DNA of 64,000 bases from Clostridiales bacterium (lineage in GTDB: Bacteria; Bacillota; Clostridia; Christensenellales; UBA1242), in the NCBI GenBank assembly GCA_003524095.1, contig DOEE01000003.1, forward strand, positions 532,303 to 596,302, read 5' to 3'. Below, piece after piece: positions 60,035 to 64,000 of the stretch; positions within the stretch are counted from its first letter, which is position 1, and each line of letters begins with the position of its first letter. Under the pieces are notes generated by a model. The model was not told the origin of the DNA, made no database searches, and was given only the letters and a program-made list of their open reading frames with translations. Both the position numbers and the translations under genes were made by a program.

Positions 60035-60364
60035 TTATTCCTGATAAGGCTCACCAGTTACAACGACATTGGCATCTAGTCCAAGAATATTTTTGATAAC
60101 AACATCACCAATCTGAACTTTGCCAAGTTGTAGTTTGGATATTTCATCAACTACTTTTGAAATATCTGCTTTTGGAACATCTCTATCCGTTTTTACTGGG
60201 ACAATCCCATAACTAGATTTTGCTAGATAAGTCACAGTTCTCATAGGACAAATCATTTCTTCTTTGGCATATTCAAGTCCTCTAGGACAAGCATTGCCAG
60301 TAATACTTTCGCCTTCAACAGTTATTTCACATCCCCTAGGACATTTGATACAAATTAATTTCAT
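60035..60364 (-). CDS. DUF1667-domain protein, third subunit of the clostridial-type glycerol-3-phosphate oxidoreductase cluster
   Basis: CIKCPRGCEITVEG...GNACPRG Cys-rich N-terminus. 109 aa. 4-nt overlap (ATGA) with the upstream gene. Confidence 0.8.
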   Translation of the reverse strand: MKLICIKCPRGCEITVEGESITGNACPRGLEYAKEEMICPMRTVTYLAKSSYGIVPVKTDRDVPKADISKVVDEISKLQLGKVQIGDVVIKNILGLDANVVVTGEPYQE

Positions 60365-61584
60365 TTTTTCTCCCTAACACTAATAGTTATATCTTGATTT
60401 AAGCCTTTTTTGTTTACTTTTATGCTACTCATCTCGCCCGGAGTTAGAGCAATTGAAAATTGCTTTTGGGTTTCGACATTATCTTGAATTACTACTATTT
60501 CAGCATTTCTAATTTTTTTGGTTACCCTAAAGAAGACTTCAACTTGGTCATCGTTTTCAAAGTATGAACTAGGCACAGTGTAGCGAATTCCATCACCCGC
60601 AAGAATCATATGTTCTTTTGTTCTATTTAGTTTGCCCAAAGCATATAGGCCAGCATTTTTGCCAGCAAGCATACTTTCGGCAGTTACATTATCTACCAAA
60701 TCATGAACTTGCAAGACATTTCCGCAAGCAAATATTCCGTCCGAACATTCTCTAAATTCATTTACAACAAATCCATTTGTCATAGGATTAATTTTTAGAT
60801 TTGATACAATATCATTTTCGGGAGTAAGTCCAACAGACAGTATAACCAAATCGCAGTCCAAATATTTTTCGGTGCTTGCAATTGCTTGTAATTTTTCATC
60901 AACCTTGGCATATCTTATGCCTTCAACTCTATCTTTGCCAATTACTTCGGTTATTGTCGTGCTATAATGAATTGGAATATCAAAGTCATCTAGGCATTGT
61001 CTAATATTTCTTGGAAGCCCGCTAGACGAAGCCATTATTTCCAATACCATCTCCACCTTAGCACCCGCCAAAGTAAGTCTTCGTGCCATAATAAGCCCAA
61101 TATCTCCTGAACCTAAAATAACAACTTTCTTGCCCGGCAGTTTTCCATGAAAATTAACGAGCTTTTGAACTTGTCCCGCAGTCATAATTCCGGTCGGACG
61201 AGTTCCCTTGAGTTTTATATTTCCAGCGGTTTTTTCTCTACATCCCATCGCCAGAACAATAGCTTTTGGGCTAAGAACTTCAGCACCTTCTGGACTAACA
61301 ATTGAAATATTTTTCCCTTCAATTTTTGTAACAAATGTATTAAGGACTACATCAACATCTGTATCTTTTAGTAGTTCTTCAAATCTATGTGCATATTCAG
61401 GACCTGTTAATTCTTCCTTAAAATAGTGCAAGCCAAAACCATTGTGAATACATTGATTTAGTATTCCGCCAAGTCTATTGTCTCGTTCTATAATGAGTGT
61501 TTTTGCACCAGTTTTTGCACACTCAATTCCCGCACACATTCCTGCTGGGCCACCACCAATAATTACAACATCATAATTCTTCAT
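60361..61584 (-). CDS. FAD/NAD(P)-binding pyridine nucleotide-disulfide-type oxidoreductase (glp cluster subunit)
   Basis: Two Rossmann motifs, VVIIGGGPAGMCAG and VVILGSGDIGLIMA. 1-nt overlap with the upstream gene. Confidence 0.85.
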   Translation of the reverse strand: MKNYDVVIIGGGPAGMCAGIECAKTGAKTLIIERDNRLGGILNQCIHNGFGLHYFKEELTGPEYAHRFEELLKDTDVDVVLNTFVTKIEGKNISIVSPEGAEVLSPKAIVLAMGCREKTAGNIKLKGTRPTGIMTAGQVQKLVNFHGKLPGKKVVILGSGDIGLIMARRLTLAGAKVEMVLEIMASSSGLPRNIRQCLDDFDIPIHYSTTITEVIGKDRVEGIRYAKVDEKLQAIASTEKYLDCDLVILSVGLTPENDIVSNLKINPMTNGFVVNEFRECSDGIFACGNVLQVHDLVDNVTAESMLAGKNAGLYALGKLNRTKEHMILAGDGIRYTVPSSYFENDDQVEVFFRVTKKIRNAEIVVIQDNVETQKQFSIALTPGEMSSIKVNKKGLNQDITISVREKK

Positions 61585-62990
61585 TACTTGATATTCCCCA
61601 CAATTATTCTACTATTTGAATTTTCTTTTGTTACTTCATCTATACTTATGTTTCGTTCTTTTGCAATTAACTCCATTACTTTCATAAAGCAAAAACCACT
61701 TTGACATCTCCCCATTCCCGCTCTTGTTCGTCTTTTAATTCCATCTAGGGATATAGGCTTGAGTGGTGAGTTGATAGCATCAATAATTTCCGCCATGCTA
61801 ACCATTTCACAACGACAAACTATTTTTCCAAAATTTTCGTCTTTTTTAATAAGTTTGTTTAATTCACTCTGAGACAAATTTGCAATTTTTGGACACTCTT
61901 TTCGTCTTATCATTTTTTTGGTTTCAATTAAGTCAAAGCCTAGTAGTTTAACTACTTCTTCAGCAATAGCCGGACTAGCCGAAAGTCCTGGGGAACAAAT
62001 ACCCGTAACATTAATAACGTCGGGATTAATGCTATCTTTTTCGATAACAAAATCATCGCCAACAAGTGTTCTAACACCCGAAAACACCCTAATATTCTTT
62101 CTCAAATTTACATTTGAAAGCATTGCACTTGCCTTAGATGCAATATCCGATAAGCCTTCCTCGGTTGTAATAGTAAGGTTATTATCACAAAGTATACTAG
62201 TAGGCCCTACTATAACATTTCCATGGACAGTAGGAGAAACAAGTACACCCTTGCTTTCCTTTGTTGGAAGTGGGAATATTGTATATCCACCCAAATCAAC
62301 AGAATTTTTGTCAAGTAGATAATATTCGCCACGTCTATATTTGATATCATAAGTTTGAGTATTCAAAACTTTGGCAATTTCATTATGCTCCCCACCACAA
62401 GCAAGGACAATCTTTTTTGCCAAAATCTTAGTTTTTCCATCAAACAATTCGTAGTAATCATCTATTTTTTTGAAATTACTCGTTTCAAAATTAAATACAA
62501 TAGTTGCACCATTCAAAACTGCCTCTTCGGCTAGCGCTATACTCAATTTGTAAGGAGATACAATTGAAGAAGTTTTGGCAAGAAGTCCGCATGTGATATT
62601 TTCTGTAATCGTAGGCAATATTTTGATTAGTTTTTGTCTATCCAAAATCTCCAAGCCCTCAACCCCGTTTTGCACTCCACGATTATATAATTCTTCAACC
62701 ACTTTTTTGTCGTTTCCAATTACTAATGCACCGTTATTTACAAGTTCTACTTGGAGTTCTTGACATAGTTTTGGCATAAGACGGGAACCTCTAACATTTA
62801 AAATCGCCTTTTTTGTGCCGGGTTTTGCATCAAAGCCCGCATGTACAATACCAGAATTAGCCTTGCTAGTTTCGGTTGAAACATCACTGTTTTTTTCAAT
62901 CAATACACAGTTTTTGTTAATTCTAGTTAGTTTATTTAGAATTGCACAACCAACAACTCCACCGCCCAAAATTGCTACATCATAAATCAT
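61584..62990 (-). CDS. glpA: FAD-dependent glycerol-3-phosphate dehydrogenase/oxidase-like protein with a C-terminal BFD-like [2Fe-2S] domain
   Basis: DVAILGGGVVGCAI FAD motif and C-terminal CRCEMVSMAEIIDAI...GMGRCQSGFC. Divergent from glpK. Confidence 0.8.
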   Translation of the reverse strand: MIYDVAILGGGVVGCAILNKLTRINKNCVLIEKNSDVSTETSKANSGIVHAGFDAKPGTKKAILNVRGSRLMPKLCQELQVELVNNGALVIGNDKKVVEELYNRGVQNGVEGLEILDRQKLIKILPTITENITCGLLAKTSSIVSPYKLSIALAEEAVLNGATIVFNFETSNFKKIDDYYELFDGKTKILAKKIVLACGGEHNEIAKVLNTQTYDIKYRRGEYYLLDKNSVDLGGYTIFPLPTKESKGVLVSPTVHGNVIVGPTSILCDNNLTITTEEGLSDIASKASAMLSNVNLRKNIRVFSGVRTLVGDDFVIEKDSINPDVINVTGICSPGLSASPAIAEEVVKLLGFDLIETKKMIRRKECPKIANLSQSELNKLIKKDENFGKIVCRCEMVSMAEIIDAINSPLKPISLDGIKRRTRAGMGRCQSGFCFMKVMELIAKERNISIDEVTKENSNSRIIVGNIK

Positions 62991-63183
62991 ATTAAGTTCC
63001 TTCCATTATTTCATAATTATTTAATTTTGATTTCATTTTTATGGTACATAATTTATTTTATTATGTCAAATATTATTAATTAAATTGCATAGAATTAATT
63101 ATTTTGATACAATAAAAATAAGAATACAAACAAAATAATATTTTATTATTTTGACAAATTAAATAAGTGGGAGAAAAATTTTG

Positions 63184-64000
63184 ATGAAAAGATACATAAT
63201 TGGACTCGACGAAGGCACAACAAGTGCAAGAACATTGATTTATGACACCAAGGAATGCAAGATTACAAACATTGTTAACGAAAAATTTAAGCAATATTTT
63301 CCAAAGCCGGGCTGGGTTGAACACGATGCAAATGAAATTTGGGAAGTCATGGAAAGAACACTCAACAAAGCAATCAAAGATGCACAAATTAAAAAAGACG
63401 AAATTGCGGGCATTGGAATCACTAATCAAAGAGAAAGTGTGGTTGCTTGGAACAAAAAAACTGGTGAAGCAATTTATCCTTCGATTGTTTGGCAATGCAG
63501 ACGAACTAGCACATATTGTGAAAGTCTAAAACCAAGTCTCAAAAGATATATCAAAAAAACTACTGGACTTATTGTTGATGCTTACTTTTCGGCGTCCAAG
63601 ATTAAGTGGCTACTTGAAAATAATTCAAAAGTAAAAAAACTACGTGAACAAAACAATTTGTGCATTGGAACAATAGATAGTTTTCTTATGTACAAATTAA
63701 CCCATGGAGAAAAATTTATAACTGATACTTCTAATGCAAGCAGAACAATGCTATTTAATATCAACACCCTAACTTGGGACGACAAACTTCTCAAAAAATT
63801 TGGAATTCCAAAAAGTATATTGCCCGAAGTTGTTTCCAATGGTCATGAACTAGGTGTCGCCCACACCAAATATGGCGATATTCCAGTAGGCTCAATTCTA
63901 GGCGACCAACAATCATCGCTTTTTGGTCAAGGTTGTTTTGATATTGGACTTGCAAAGGCGACTTATGGAACGGGATGTTTTATCCTTAGTAACACTGGAA
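63184..64000 (+). CDS. glpK: Glycerol kinase, N-terminal ~272 codons; runs off the right edge and is absent from the ORF track
   Basis: Hand translation gives MKRYIIGLDEGTTSARTLIYD...GWVEHDANEIW...GITNQRESVVAW...VDAYFSASKIKWLLEN...GDQQSSLFGQ. GGGAG RBS. Confidence 0.95.
   Translation, partial: MKRYIIGLDEGTTSARTLIYDTKECKITNIVNEKFKQYFPKPGWVEHDANEIWEVMERTLNKAIKDAQIKKDEIAGIGITNQRESVVAWNKKTGEAIYPSIVWQCRRTSTYCESLKPSLKRYIKKTTGLIVDAYFSASKIKWLLENNSKVKKLREQNNLCIGTIDSFLMYKLTHGEKFITDTSNASRTMLFNINTLTWDDKLLKKFGIPKSILPEVVSNGHELGVAHTKYGDIPVGSILGDQQSSLFGQGCFDIGLAKATYGTGCFILSNTG

Noticed and set aside
62991-63183. A search of the divergent glpA-like/glpK intergenic region for cre sites, a GlpP-type antiterminator target, or clear promoters.
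   Set aside because: Only generic AT-rich sequence and a TTGACA too close to the glpK RBS were seen. Nothing matched the cre consensus or formed a leader terminator.
63076-63495. A 139-aa minus-strand ORF, with nested ORFs at 63240-63422 and 63582-63839, at the right end of the window.
   Set aside because: It overlaps the unmistakable plus-strand glpK reading frame (GLDEGTTSAR, GITNQRES). The glpK frame is missing from the track only because it runs off the window edge.

Overview
Strongly AT-rich chromosomal segment from an endospore-forming, Clostridia/Bacilli-like Firmicute. About 65 genes lie on the minus strand from position 1 to 62990; the only plus-strand gene is a partial glpK at the right edge. 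The content is core housekeeping, arranged as a head-to-tail run of blocks that are separate operons in Bacillus subtilis. In order these are: relA-recJ-secFD; yrzE-yajC-tgt-queA-ruvBAC; yebC; infC-rpmI-rplT with its leader; spoIVB-recN-argR; proS; xseBA-nusB-asp23; the full spoIIIAA-AH operon; an nfo-like gene; truB-rbfA-infB-ylxQ-ylxR-nusA-rimP; rseP-cdsA-frr-tsf-rpsB; ruvX/DUF1292; nifS/nifU-like; trx-tcdA-hisS; helD-like; hslUV-trmFO-topA-dprA-comM; T-box-regulated thrS; ytxC; and a glycerol-3-phosphate oxidoreductase cluster divergent from glpK. I saw no rRNA, tRNA, CRISPR array, transposase, integrase, prophage or recognisable defence genes, and no convincing novel multi-gene system. The best leads are single-gene or regulatory oddities. 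(1) A 516-aa stand-alone PolC N-terminal/OB/exonuclease protein sits where full-length polC normally lies. (2) A long RelA/SpoT homolog lacks every hydrolase catalytic residue. (3) A DUF1653 ORF is tightly packed between queA and tgt (2-8 nt gaps, RBSs inside the upstream coding ends). (4) An IscU/NifU-like protein has lost two of its three cluster-ligand cysteines and carries a ~240-aa low-complexity tail. (5) A perfect 14-bp inverted repeat brackets the argR promoter and ARG-box region. (6) Isoprenoid genes (dxs, dxr, ispA, uppS) and several other genes are absent from their conserved slots. Two edge genes (relA, glpK) and one 46-aa ORF are missing from the supplied ORF track and were translated by hand. 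Several starts were moved to RBS-supported codons.
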